From: Christensenellaceae bacterium
GTDB taxonomy: Bacteria; Bacillota; Clostridia; Christensenellales; Christensenellaceae
NCBI GenBank assembly: GCA_050952565.1
Contig: JBMNLE010000003.1
Span: 25,112-89,111 of the forward strand
Direction: 5' to 3'
Length of the DNA: 64,000 nucleotides
Both the position numbers and the translations under genes were made by a program. Below are positions 38,269 through 47,747 of the stretch, piece by piece. Every line of letters begins with the position of its first letter. Position 1 is the first letter of the stretch. A model generated the notes under the pieces. It was not told the origin of the DNA and ran no database searches. It worked only from the letters and a program-made list of their open reading frames with translations.

Positions 38269-39129
38269 TTATATTTCCTTTTCTACAATTATTTTTTGCG
38301 CTATTTTTTCTAAAACAGCTTGCGTTCGCAAAGCAAGCCCCTGATACATAATGTTATCCAAAATCCCTTTGTGCTTTTCTATTTTTAATAGATCATAGGC
38401 GAGTACTGCCGCGTTTAACGTACTTTTTAGGTTAAATGCAATGCGTTCTTGCAATGCTTCTCTTTTCGCCATATCGCTTTGTGTTTGCAGCAAAAACGGA
38501 TTATAGTTTCCCTTTTTTTCGTCCTCTTCCAAGTCATCTGCCGCATCCATCAAATAAATCCATCGCCCCAAATGATAGCCTAGCTCTCGCATAACATTTT
38601 CTTGCTGTCCCGCTTGTGCAAATATCACGCCAAGCAACGAGGCAAATGTATCCGCAACGAGGTCAATGTTCGCTGTTTTTTCCGCCTCAAACGCCGAAAG
38701 TTTTTCCAGATATTTTTCTATTTCTTCCGCCACATCGGGAAACGCCTGCTTTGCTTTTTTATATGCATTGCGGTATAAAAGCGCCATGCTCCCATAAAGT
38801 GGATTTTTGCTGTCTTTTTGCTTATCTTTTATACTCCCTACGCCCAGCAAAATATTCATTGCCGCCGCATAGGAAATTCCATTGTCAATGGCATAATTCT
38901 TTTTCTTTACCGGGCTCACCGGGCATATCCCTTTTTCATAAGTTTCTTGCATTTCATCAAAACCGGCGCTTAACAAATACAAAAAGGTACAATCATAGCT
39001 AATAAGTGCGCGCGGCAAAATACCGTATTCCTTGCCGATTTGTCTGCATAAACCGCAATAATAAGCCTGAAATGTATTATACTCTTTTACTTTTAGCTCC
39101 GGTTTATAAATGCTGACATACCCAAACAA
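38269..39129 (-). CDS. DUF5685-like family protein
   Basis: MFGYV, YYCGLCR, SYDCTF, GRWIYLMDA.DD..ED...YNP; family name from memory. Confidence 0.78.
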   Translation of the reverse strand: MFGYVSIYKPELKVKEYNTFQAYYCGLCRQIGKEYGILPRALISYDCTFLYLLSAGFDEMQETYEKGICPVSPVKKKNYAIDNGISYAAAMNILLGVGSIKDKQKDSKNPLYGSMALLYRNAYKKAKQAFPDVAEEIEKYLEKLSAFEAEKTANIDLVADTFASLLGVIFAQAGQQENVMRELGYHLGRWIYLMDAADDLEEDEKKGNYNPFLLQTQSDMAKREALQERIAFNLKSTLNAAVLAYDLLKIEKHKGILDNIMYQGLALRTQAVLEKIAQKIIVEKEI

Positions 39130-39541
39130 ATTAGCGCCCCCTAGCCCACATATTATAACATCTTTTATGCCATATTAAAATGATTCTACACCAAGAAAGC
39201 CGTTTCGTATCAGCTTTTGGAATCTATTTTTCTTCTGTTACTAGAAAATTTACAATGCGCGCCAAGGCTATCATAATGCTACAATACCTAAAAAAACCAA
39301 AATTGCATTATTTCATTTATATACCTGCATTCTTTTTTGTGATGCCCTGTTTTTATTGCCTTTCATTGTTTTTGCGAAAAACTCCTTTACGAAGGTGTTT
39401 TTCTCCCCTTTTTCTTCTCCCCTCTTCCTTGTTCTCATTTTCCCCAAAAAAATATATGCAAGTTTTTGTTTTTTTTATTGCAATATATTGCGTTCTATAG
39501 TAATATAAATTGGATATTTTACAGATAGAAAGAGGATATAT

Positions 39542-40822
39542 ATGCAACCATATCATGAGCAGGATGCCGCATCACTGCAAGCGGCATATGAAGCAGCCAA
39601 GCAAGCGTATCAGGCTTTTCAAAAAAAAGGGCTTTCGCTTGATATGTCGCGGGGTAAGCCTTGCAAAGAACAATTAGATCTTTCATTGCCTATGCTGGAT
39701 CTTGTCGGCAGTACCACTTCCATGTTGGCAGAAAACGGCATGGACATTCGCAATTATGGCGTACTGGATGGGCTGCCGGAAGCCAAACGTTTGTTTGCAG
39801 AAATGCTTGAAGTAACGCCGGATATGGTTTTTGTAGGTGGTAACTCCAGCTTAAATCTCATGTATGATGCCATTGCAAGGGCAATGACCTTTGGCGTTTT
39901 GGGCAGCAAGCCTTGGAGCGCATATGAAACCATCAAATTCATTTGCCCTTCGCCCGGCTATGACCGGCATTTCGCCATTACAGAGCATTTTGGCTTTGAA
40001 CTCATCACGGTTCCGATGCAAAAAGATGGTCCTGATATGGGGCTGGTAAAAAGTTTGGTGGAAAATGATCCGCTCATCAAAGGCATCTGGTGTGTTCCTC
40101 ATTATTCTAACCCCACAGGCATTACATATTCAGATGATGTGGTGCGCGCGTTTGCGGCGCTAAAGCCGGCCGCGCCGGATTTTCGTATTTTTTGGGACAA
40201 CGCATATCATATGCATCATCTTTCTGATACACCGGATGTACTGCTCAATATTTTTGAAGCATGCGCCCAAGCAGGCAGCGCAGATATGGTCTTTTCCTTT
40301 GCCTCTACTTCCAAAATGACATTCAGCGGCGCAGGAATTTCTGCTTTTGTTGCTACGCCGAAAAACCTGCAAGATGCTATGAAGACAATTACAATACAAA
40401 CCATCGGGTTTGATAAAATTGCACAGTTACAACATGCGCGCTTTTTCCCATCTCTGGACAGCATGCTGGCACATATGAAAAAGCATCAGGTGCTTCTTGC
40501 GCCAAAGTTTGATGCGGTTACAAATGCGATAGAAAAAAACCTTGTTCCGCTGGGCATCGCCAGCTATACCAAACCGAATGGCGGCTACTTTATTTCTTTT
40601 GATGGATTGCCGGGCACTGCAACGCGCGTACATACGCTATGCAAAGAAGCCGGGCTTGTTATGACAGATGCCGGCGCGCCTTTCCCTTACGGCGTTGATC
40701 CGGAAGATAAAAACTTACGCATCGCGCCTACGCTCCCGCCCATAGAAGAGTTATGCGCTGCCATGGAGCTCTTCTGTCTTGCCGTAAAAATGGCATCGCT
40801 TGAACTTTATTTACAACAATAA
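39542..40822 (+). CDS. PLP-dependent class I/II aminotransferase
   Basis: LDMSRGKP, GYDRHF, YSNPTG, WDNAY, STSKMT (PLP Lys), NLRIAP. Confidence 0.9.
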   Translation: MQPYHEQDAASLQAAYEAAKQAYQAFQKKGLSLDMSRGKPCKEQLDLSLPMLDLVGSTTSMLAENGMDIRNYGVLDGLPEAKRLFAEMLEVTPDMVFVGGNSSLNLMYDAIARAMTFGVLGSKPWSAYETIKFICPSPGYDRHFAITEHFGFELITVPMQKDGPDMGLVKSLVENDPLIKGIWCVPHYSNPTGITYSDDVVRAFAALKPAAPDFRIFWDNAYHMHHLSDTPDVLLNIFEACAQAGSADMVFSFASTSKMTFSGAGISAFVATPKNLQDAMKTITIQTIGFDKIAQLQHARFFPSLDSMLAHMKKHQVLLAPKFDAVTNAIEKNLVPLGIASYTKPNGGYFISFDGLPGTATRVHTLCKEAGLVMTDAGAPFPYGVDPEDKNLRIAPTLPPIEELCAAMELFCLAVKMASLELYLQQ

Positions 40823-40837
40823 CATTTCATTTGAAGC

Positions 40838-40873
40838 AAAACCCGCAGATGCTTTTCGTATCTGCGGGTTTTT
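40838..40873. terminator. Bidirectional terminator
   Basis: AAAACCCGCAGAT...ATCTGCGGGTTTT. Confidence 0.88.
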
Positions 40874-40874
40874 A

Positions 40875-41309
40875 TTACACCAGATTTTCTTTCCAACGCA
40901 TCTCGTATTCCATTTCTCCCGTTTCTTCTTGCACTGTTTTGTTTACAATTTGAAATCCATTTTTTTCGTAAAATGCAATTGCCTTTTTGTTTTTTTCGTA
41001 AACATGTAAGGACAATGCAAGCTATCGTCTTTTGCAATAAGACAATAATGCGCTGCCAATGCCCATATTTTGCGCAGCTGCATCCACAAATAGCCCTGCT
41101 ATGTAAGAGGCTTCGCTAATCCCAATAAACCCTTTTATCTCCGCCTCCTTTCGGTAGACGTAAAGTTCTGATAAGGGCATCATCTCTTCTACTTGTTTTT
41201 CATGCCCCTCCCAATATGCCTGTGCAATAAAATCATGCGCCGCCTGGTTTCCTGTGCGCCAAAGCCGCATAATTTCTTTCATATCTGTTGGTTGAAATCC
41301 TTCAATCAT
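40875..41309 (-). pseudogene. GNAT acetyltransferase with an in-frame TAG at 41022-41024
   Basis: ...QNMGIGSALLSYCKRR*LALSLHVYEKNKKAIAFYEKNGF...; the GNAT motif continues in frame past the stop. Confidence 0.85.
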
Positions 41310-43002
41310 TTCTTGCCTCTTTCCGCTGATCCGCTTCGTAAAGCGTATAAAAATAACCATGTTTTTGAATGAGGGATGTAAAATCTCCCGCCTCCACCAC
41401 TGCTCCATCTCTCAGTACAAAAATTTGCTCTAGATGTTGAACCGAACGCAACCGATGCGCCACGACCACCATTGTTTTTCCCAAAAACCGCTGCAATAAG
41501 CAGGTCATGACAGCTTCTTCTGTCACATTGTCCAACGCTGAAGTTGCTTCGTCCAGCAAAATAATTTGTGGGTCTTGCAAATAAAGCCGCGCAAGCGCCA
41601 AGCGTTGCCGTTCTCCGCCGGAAAGTGTAATGCCTCTTTCTCCCAAACGTGTATCAAGTCCTTCTTCTAGCCTCGCATACCATGGCCCAAGCGCCATCTC
41701 TTGTAACGCGCCAAGTAGCGTCGTCTCTTCAATCTCCTCATCAAATGCCAAGTTTTCCCGCAGCGTTCCATCAAAAATCGGTGATTCTTGCGGAATATAT
41801 TGCACATAATCATAATAGTCGCTTAGCAAAACATTCTCCAGCACTTGTCCGTCTACGAAAACATTTCCTGCCTGCGCTGTAAGTAGCCCGCCCAACAATC
41901 TTATAATTGTGGATTTCCCTGCGCCACTTTCGCCCACCAGCGCCACTTGCATTCCTGCCAGTATTTCCATGGAGAAGTTTTGCAAAATTTGCTTTTCGCC
42001 ATAGGAAAAAGAAACTCCTTTCAGCGAAATTGCGCCATTTTTTGCCGCAAAAGCATTTCCTCTTGTAAGGCGCGGATCTTCCGGCGCCGCCAAAAACGCT
42101 TTGTATTTTTTCCAAGCCACTTCATTTAATCGGTATTGCACATAAATAACATTGAAGATTGCAATGGGCGTATATGCATTTTCCACCAGTGCAATGAGCG
42201 CCACCACCTCGCCCACGCTCAAAGCATGGCTCTGCCATGCATAAATGATAATCGCAACTTTCACAAGCCCCATCAGAATCGCAAAAATGGCAAAAAAAGC
42301 TTCATGCACCAGCGCCATTTTTGTATTGGCGGAAGTGATTTCTTCGGCTGCGTTGCGCGCCTTTTGTATCTCATTTGCAAAACGTTTGTTCACACGAAAT
42401 ACAACCATCTCCATAAACCCTCGCACCAAAACATGATTGAACTTTTCCGCATTCACCAACGTGTTTTCCTTCACGCGATATAGCATTTTTAAAAGCACCG
42501 TAGAAACCAAAAATACAACAACATAGCCAATCAATAATGTCAGCATGACAGTGCGGTTAATTGTATATACAAAAAAGAAACTCACCAGCATAGTTGGCAG
42601 AATTTGCCCAAATATTTGTAGCCAAAAAGAGAAAAACATATCTCTCCCTGCTGCTGCGCCTGTTTCAATTTGTTGTACCAATGCGCCCGTTCCAATTTTT
42701 TGATACGCCAAATAATCTATGCGGCTTATCTTTTCCAGTGCTTTTGTTTTTAAATCAAGGTAAATGCCATGCTCCAATTTGCGGCTGGGGTATTCATCTA
42801 TATAGTTAAAAACAAACAAGAAAAGCAATAACGCGCCGTAAAAAATAATCTCCTGCAGCGTTAATATTCCATCATCCAAATGATCAATAATCACTTGAAA
42901 ATAATCTGCGCTGTATCCTGTGAGAAAAGCGGTCAAAAAGCCTAAGCACAAAAAGAGAATGATATTCCATTTATGTTTTTTTATCAGGGTTCGCCAAAGC
43001 AT
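41302..43002 (-). CDS. ABC transporter permease/ATP-binding protein
   Basis: GESGAGKS, LSGGERQR, LLDEATS, AHRL. Confidence 0.92.
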   Translation of the reverse strand: MLWRTLIKKHKWNIILFLCLGFLTAFLTGYSADYFQVIIDHLDDGILTLQEIIFYGALLLFLFVFNYIDEYPSRKLEHGIYLDLKTKALEKISRIDYLAYQKIGTGALVQQIETGAAAGRDMFFSFWLQIFGQILPTMLVSFFFVYTINRTVMLTLLIGYVVVFLVSTVLLKMLYRVKENTLVNAEKFNHVLVRGFMEMVVFRVNKRFANEIQKARNAAEEITSANTKMALVHEAFFAIFAILMGLVKVAIIIYAWQSHALSVGEVVALIALVENAYTPIAIFNVIYVQYRLNEVAWKKYKAFLAAPEDPRLTRGNAFAAKNGAISLKGVSFSYGEKQILQNFSMEILAGMQVALVGESGAGKSTIIRLLGGLLTAQAGNVFVDGQVLENVLLSDYYDYVQYIPQESPIFDGTLRENLAFDEEIEETTLLGALQEMALGPWYARLEEGLDTRLGERGITLSGGERQRLALARLYLQDPQIILLDEATSALDNVTEEAVMTCLLQRFLGKTMVVVAHRLRSVQHLEQIFVLRDGAVVEAGDFTSLIQKHGYFYTLYEADQRKEARND

Positions 43003-43029
43003 ATCTGTATCTCCATCTTTTGTTATGCC

Positions 43030-43060
43030 ATTATAACATGCGGCTATGCTATAATAAACC
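43030..43060. promoter_or_regulatory. Back-to-back extended -10 promoters
   Basis: ATTATAACATG-CGGC-TATGCTATAAT gives TGnTATAAT on both strands; the plus-strand one lies 5 nt before ATG 43061. Confidence 0.7.
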
Positions 43061-43849
43061 ATGGGGCAAAAATGGAACTGCATTGGAAAAGGGCGTACTG
43101 CCGAAATTTTCTTGTATCATAACCGTGCCTATAAGCGGTTTTTTTCTGATTTTCAAAATGCCAAAACAAGAGAAGCGCAAGTGATGGCGCAGTTACAACA
43201 GTATGCGCTCCCCATGCCTATGTTTTTTGGCGTAGAAACGATTGATGGCGCCGAATATTTGGTTTATGCATATGTGAACGGTAAAACCATGTTGCAACTG
43301 CTGGTTTCTCACCCACTGCGCGTTCGAAAGTATGGCAAAAAATTGGCGCTATTACACTATGAAATCCATCAAGTGAAAGATCCTGCATTACCCGCAGAAA
43401 AGGCTCGCATACAAAAAGCCATTTCTACCGCGCCCCTACGCCCAGCGCAAAAGGAAAAAGCGCTGGAAGCTTTGACCCTCTTGCCCAGTGGTGCTTCTCT
43501 TTGTCATATGGATTTTCATCCGGATAACATTATGATGGATGAACCAGGTAACGATTATGTCATCGATTGGACCGGCGCAACCCAAGGACATCCGCTTTTT
43601 GATGTTGCCCGCACATTGCTCCTTTTTCAAGCCGGTTCCGTTCCACCGGATACGCCTTTTGCAAAAAGAATACTGATGCAACTTTTCCGAAAGATATTGG
43701 CGCGCATCTACGAGAAAACATATTACAAGTTGTCCTCTTATACAAAAGAAGGTTTGCGACCATTTTTCTTACCTGCCGCCGCAGCGCGCTACAGCGAGCA
43801 AATTGAAGAGGAAAAACCTTTTTATAAAAAATTCTTTCAACAGATCTAA
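43061..43849 (+). CDS. Aminoglycoside-phosphotransferase-like (APH family) kinase
   Basis: GKGRTAE, CHMDFHPDNI (Brenner motif), IDW, DVART. Confidence 0.87.
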   Translation: MGQKWNCIGKGRTAEIFLYHNRAYKRFFSDFQNAKTREAQVMAQLQQYALPMPMFFGVETIDGAEYLVYAYVNGKTMLQLLVSHPLRVRKYGKKLALLHYEIHQVKDPALPAEKARIQKAISTAPLRPAQKEKALEALTLLPSGASLCHMDFHPDNIMMDEPGNDYVIDWTGATQGHPLFDVARTLLLFQAGSVPPDTPFAKRILMQLFRKILARIYEKTYYKLSSYTKEGLRPFFLPAAAARYSEQIEEEKPFYKKFFQQI

Positions 43850-43877
43850 AAAAGAAAGGCGTTCGCCTTTCTTTTTT
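43848..43877. terminator. Bidirectional terminator
   Basis: AAAAAGAAAGGCG-TT-CGCCTTTCTTTTT. Confidence 0.88.
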
Positions 43878-43881
43878 ATTG

Positions 43882-45044
43882 TTATTCTTCTAATAACGCC
43901 GCAAATTCTTGCAGTACAGTGGGGATATCAATATTCTGTGGACAAAGGCTACTGCATGCGCCGCAGCCAATGCAAGCGCCGGGCAGCTCATTTTCTTGCA
44001 TGGAAGATAGTGTATAGCTCAGTATATTTCCGTTGGTGTTGCGCATTTCGTTGTACATGGCAATGAGCTTTGGAATATCAAGTGCCTGCGGGCAAGCTTC
44101 GCAACAATATCTGCAGGCCGTACAGGGTACAAGCGTTAATATATCTGCAATTGCTTCTTGCAGCAACGCCTCTTCTCTGGCGTGACCGGATCCGGATTTG
44201 CAAAAAGCGCCATGTTTTCTTTTAATTGTTCCATTGTGGTCATACCACTCAGCACTGTTAGTAATCCCGGCAGCGCTTGCAAATAGCGGAATGCCCAAGC
44301 AGCAATGGAATCCTGCGGTCTTTTTTCTTTTAAAAGCGCATTCCCTGCTTCGCTGAGTGAAGCCAGCGCGCCTCCGCGCACAGGCTCCATTACCACAACC
44401 GGAATATTGCGTTTTGTCAGCAACTCATATTTTCGCCCTGCTTCCTGCAACGCCCAATCCATATAGTTCAATTGAATTTGTACGAATTCAAAGATGCCGG
44501 GATAATGATCCAAGAAACGTTCTATGATCTCTACGCGCCCATGGCTGGAAAACCCAAGATGGCGAATTTTCCCCTGCTTCTTTTGCTCCTGCAAGTATCT
44601 AACAACGCCTAATTCTTCATTGGTATAAAAATCATAAGAGGATTCTGCCACGTTGTGTAGCAAGTAAAAATCAAAGTAATCTACACCACAGCGCGCCAAC
44701 TGATCTTCAAATAGCTCTGCAATGGAATCCATGGTATGCCCGGCCAAATAGCCTTGAAATCCTAACTTCCCGTTTTTATAGTGCATCATATGCCCGGGCA
44801 TTTTTGATGCTAAGTACCATGTTTCTCTCGGAAACTGCGCCAAAACTTCTCCTACAAAAGGTTCTGATTGCCCATCATGATAGCGATACGCTGTATCAAA
44901 ATAATTGATGCCGTTTTCGTATGCGTAAACGAGCATCTCCTCTGCCTTTTGCTTTTGAATGATACCATTTTCATCTACTGGCAAGCGCATATTGCCCATG
45001 CCCAAGCTTGAAATCTTCAAATCCTGAAATGTTTGATAAGTCAT
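43882..45044 (-). pseudogene. Aldo/keto reductase with C-terminal 4Fe-4S domain, -1 frameshift near 44170-44178
   Basis: ORF1 ends NPDPVTPE; the next frame continues EEALLQEAI..PCTACRYC..ACIGCGAC..CPQ. Confidence 0.85.
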
Positions 45045-45073
45045 TTTTGCCTCCTCACAAATATCTTACTTCT

Positions 45074-45104
45074 AGTGTAACACTTAAAGTCCACTCTAAG
45101 GCAA
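45074..45104 (-). promoter_or_regulatory. MerR-type promoter with 19 bp spacer and AdhR/NmlR-like operator
   Basis: TTGCCT-19 bp-TACACT containing CTTAGAG-N4-CTTTAAG. Confidence 0.78.
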
Positions 45105-45122
45105 GCATTGTTTTTTATGTGG

Positions 45123-45151
45123 TTGACTTTCCACTTTTCTCCGCCCATAAT
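45123..45151 (+). promoter_or_regulatory. Sigma-A promoter 6 nt before the ATG (probable leaderless transcript)
   Basis: TTGACT-17 bp-CATAAT-GATTTT-ATG, no SD. Confidence 0.7.
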
Positions 45152-45157
45152 GATTTT

Positions 45158-46096
45158 ATGAAGATCGTGGATTTTACAAGCAAACATGTTGCCGATGCTT
45201 ACCGGCTGGCAACACAAGAATATGAAACTGCGCGTGAAAAAACGCCGGTGTTGCCTGCGCTTGCTTTGCCGAATTTGGCTTTTTACGCAGAGAATGGACT
45301 GGGCGTTGCGCTTTATGAAAATGAAATGTTACTTGGTTTTCTCGCCACAGAAATGCCTTTTCAAAATGCGTTTCATATTCCGGGCGTAACAGGTATTTTT
45401 TCGCCATTGGGCGCAAACGGCGCCGTATCTTCTGCGCGCGATTTTGTTTATGCAAAGCTCTATGAAGCGGCAGCAGAAAAATGGCATTCCCATGGCGCAA
45501 CCAGCCATTCTATTTGCCTTTATGCATTTGATACTGTTGCGCAAAACAAGCTCTTTCAATATGGGTTTGGCATGCGGTGTGCAGATGCCATTGCGCCAAT
45601 ATCTTCCTTCTTTTCGCTACCCAAAAACGAAGCTTACGCTTTTCGTACCTTGGAAAACGAAGAGAAAAAAGCGATATTGCCGCTTTTAAACGCGCTACAA
45701 TCTCATTTAGAAAAAAGCCCTGTTTTCATGTCGCGCCCACCTTTTTGCGAAAAAGAGTTTATGGCGGAGCAGCAAGCGCATCCCACGCGTTTTTTTGTGT
45801 TGCAAGAAGGCGATGCGCCCATCGCGTTTTTAGAAATCGCAGAAGCGGCAGAAACATTTGTTTCTCGCGCGCCTTTCATCGCAAATATTGTGGGCGCTTA
45901 CTTGCTGCCTGCTTATCGCGGGGAAGGCTTATACCCTTCGCTACTTTCTCATGTAGCAACTGTTCTTGCAGCAGAAGATAAAACGCATCTCGGCGTAGAT
46001 TTTGAAACCTTTAATCCGGCTGCGTTTTCATTTTGGCATAAATATTTCAGCCCATATACCTATAGTTTGACCCGCCGCATCGATACACCTTTTTAA
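45158..46096 (+). CDS. GNAT family acetyltransferase (probably tandem GNAT)
   Basis: AYLLPAYRGEG motif A, ETFNPAAFSFW, KLFQYGFG. Confidence 0.8.
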   Translation: MKIVDFTSKHVADAYRLATQEYETAREKTPVLPALALPNLAFYAENGLGVALYENEMLLGFLATEMPFQNAFHIPGVTGIFSPLGANGAVSSARDFVYAKLYEAAAEKWHSHGATSHSICLYAFDTVAQNKLFQYGFGMRCADAIAPISSFFSLPKNEAYAFRTLENEEKKAILPLLNALQSHLEKSPVFMSRPPFCEKEFMAEQQAHPTRFFVLQEGDAPIAFLEIAEAAETFVSRAPFIANIVGAYLLPAYRGEGLYPSLLSHVATVLAAEDKTHLGVDFETFNPAAFSFWHKYFSPYTYSLTRRIDTPF

Positions 46097-46166
46097 ATTC
46101 TTTATATTTGCTTGACAGTAGAAAAAACACCGTGCTATCCTCCTATTAAGAGAAAGGATGTTGCTT

Positions 46167-46640
46167 ATGAGTGTCTATAAAAATTTAGAAAATTTAGGGC
46201 TTTTGCTCCCCACGCCACCGGCAAAAGGTGGTCTCTATACGCCTGCCAAGCGGTTTGGTAAAAACCTTGTCTATGTTTCCGGTTGCGGGCCAGCAATTGA
46301 TGCGCCCGTCAGTGGTAAACTGGGCGAAAGTTTTCATGTTGCTGCAGGGCAAGTACACGCAAGAAACGCCATGCTCAATGTACTTTCCGTTTTAGAGCAA
46401 GAAATTGGTGATTTAAACCAAGTACAAACCATTGCAAAATTGTTGGTGTTTGTCGCTTCTACAGATAATTTTTACAATCAGCCGGATGTTGCAAACGGCG
46501 CCAGCGAATTGCTCGCAGATTTATTTGGCGCAGAAGCCTTGCCCGCGCGTTCAGCCATTGGCGTCAATGTCTTGCCGAATAATATTCCGGTCGAAATCGA
46601 AGCATTGTTTGAAATCAAAGGAGAAGCATCATGCGATTAG
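46167..46640 (+). CDS. Rid (YjgF/RidA superfamily) protein
   Basis: YVSGCGP, VANGASELL, PARSAIGV (catalytic Arg), VEIE. Confidence 0.9.
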   Translation: MSVYKNLENLGLLLPTPPAKGGLYTPAKRFGKNLVYVSGCGPAIDAPVSGKLGESFHVAAGQVHARNAMLNVLSVLEQEIGDLNQVQTIAKLLVFVASTDNFYNQPDVANGASELLADLFGAEALPARSAIGVNVLPNNIPVEIEALFEIKGEASCD

Positions 46641-47737
46641 AAGATTATACATTTTTTGCAGAAGAAACGCCCAGCCCTGCGCTGGTATATTATCCAGAAT
46701 TGATTCAAAAAAACATTGACAGCATGCTTAAAATCGCGCCTGCGGGGCGGCTTTGGCCGCATATCAAAACATTCAAAATGCGCCCTGTTTTGGAAATGCT
46801 CATAGCAAGCGGCATCACGAAATTTAAATGTAGCACTATTTTGGAAGCAAAGCTGGCTGCAGAAAGCGGCGCAACAGATGTGCTTTTGGCATATCCGTTG
46901 GTGGGTCCCAACATCTCTCGTTTTTTATCGTTGATCCCTGCTTTTCCCGCAACAACGTTTTATGCTTTGGGCGATGATGTGGAAGTTCTTTCGCGCCTTA
47001 GTAAACAGGCGCAAGAAAAGGATCTCATCATCCCAACCTTTTTAGACATCAACATTGGTATGGACCGTACCGGCGCGCTGCCGGAAGAAGTTGCCTCTCG
47101 TTATGAAACCATTTCTCATCTGCCGGGTCTTACCTGTGCGGGGTTACATTGCTATGGCGGTCATCTAAAAAATGCCGATTGGGCTGCACAAAAAAAGCAA
47201 GTTATAGAGGAGCAAGCAACGTTACGCGCCATAGAAGAAACGTTACAGGCAAAAGGGTATTGCGTTGATGCAACCATTGTTGCCGGAACACCAACCTTCC
47301 CGCTCCACGCAGCATACCCTCATTTTTATCTCTCACCGGGCACTGCCACAATTTTTGACTATGGCTACGCTTCAAAATTTCCGAGTCTCCCCTTTACGCC
47401 TGCCGCTGCAATTATGGCGCGGGTCATTAGCCGCCCTGCGCCCCATAAATTTACGGTTGATGTCGGCTGTAAAGCAATCGCCTCTGACCCTGTTGGCGCA
47501 AAAGGGCTTATTTTGGAATTGCCGCATGCCACGCCCGTTTCGCAAAGCGAAGAGCATTGGGTCTTTACAGTAGAAAAAGAAGAAGATTTGCCTGCCATTG
47601 AAACAGTGCTGCACATTATCCCCACACATATTTGTCCTACGACTGCCCTTTATCCTTTTGTGTATGTGGTGGAAAATCATAAAATTGTAGGTCATTGGAC
47701 AGTGGATGCACGCGACCGTACATTGCAACCAAAATAA
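46631..47737 (+). CDS. Fold-type III PLP enzyme, D-threonine aldolase / D-serine dehydratase-like
   Basis: PHIKT (PLP Lys), DINIGMDRTG, GTPT, SEEH, PTHIC metal motif. Confidence 0.87.
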   Translation: MRLEDYTFFAEETPSPALVYYPELIQKNIDSMLKIAPAGRLWPHIKTFKMRPVLEMLIASGITKFKCSTILEAKLAAESGATDVLLAYPLVGPNISRFLSLIPAFPATTFYALGDDVEVLSRLSKQAQEKDLIIPTFLDINIGMDRTGALPEEVASRYETISHLPGLTCAGLHCYGGHLKNADWAAQKKQVIEEQATLRAIEETLQAKGYCVDATIVAGTPTFPLHAAYPHFYLSPGTATIFDYGYASKFPSLPFTPAAAIMARVISRPAPHKFTVDVGCKAIASDPVGAKGLILELPHATPVSQSEEHWVFTVEKEEDLPAIETVLHIIPTHICPTTALYPFVYVVENHKIVGHWTVDARDRTLQPK

Positions 47738-47747
47738 GGAGAATCTT

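Noticed and set aside
43061-43849. Acquired aminoglycoside resistance gene
   Set aside because: Generic APH-fold motifs only; no mobile context; substrate cannot be inferred
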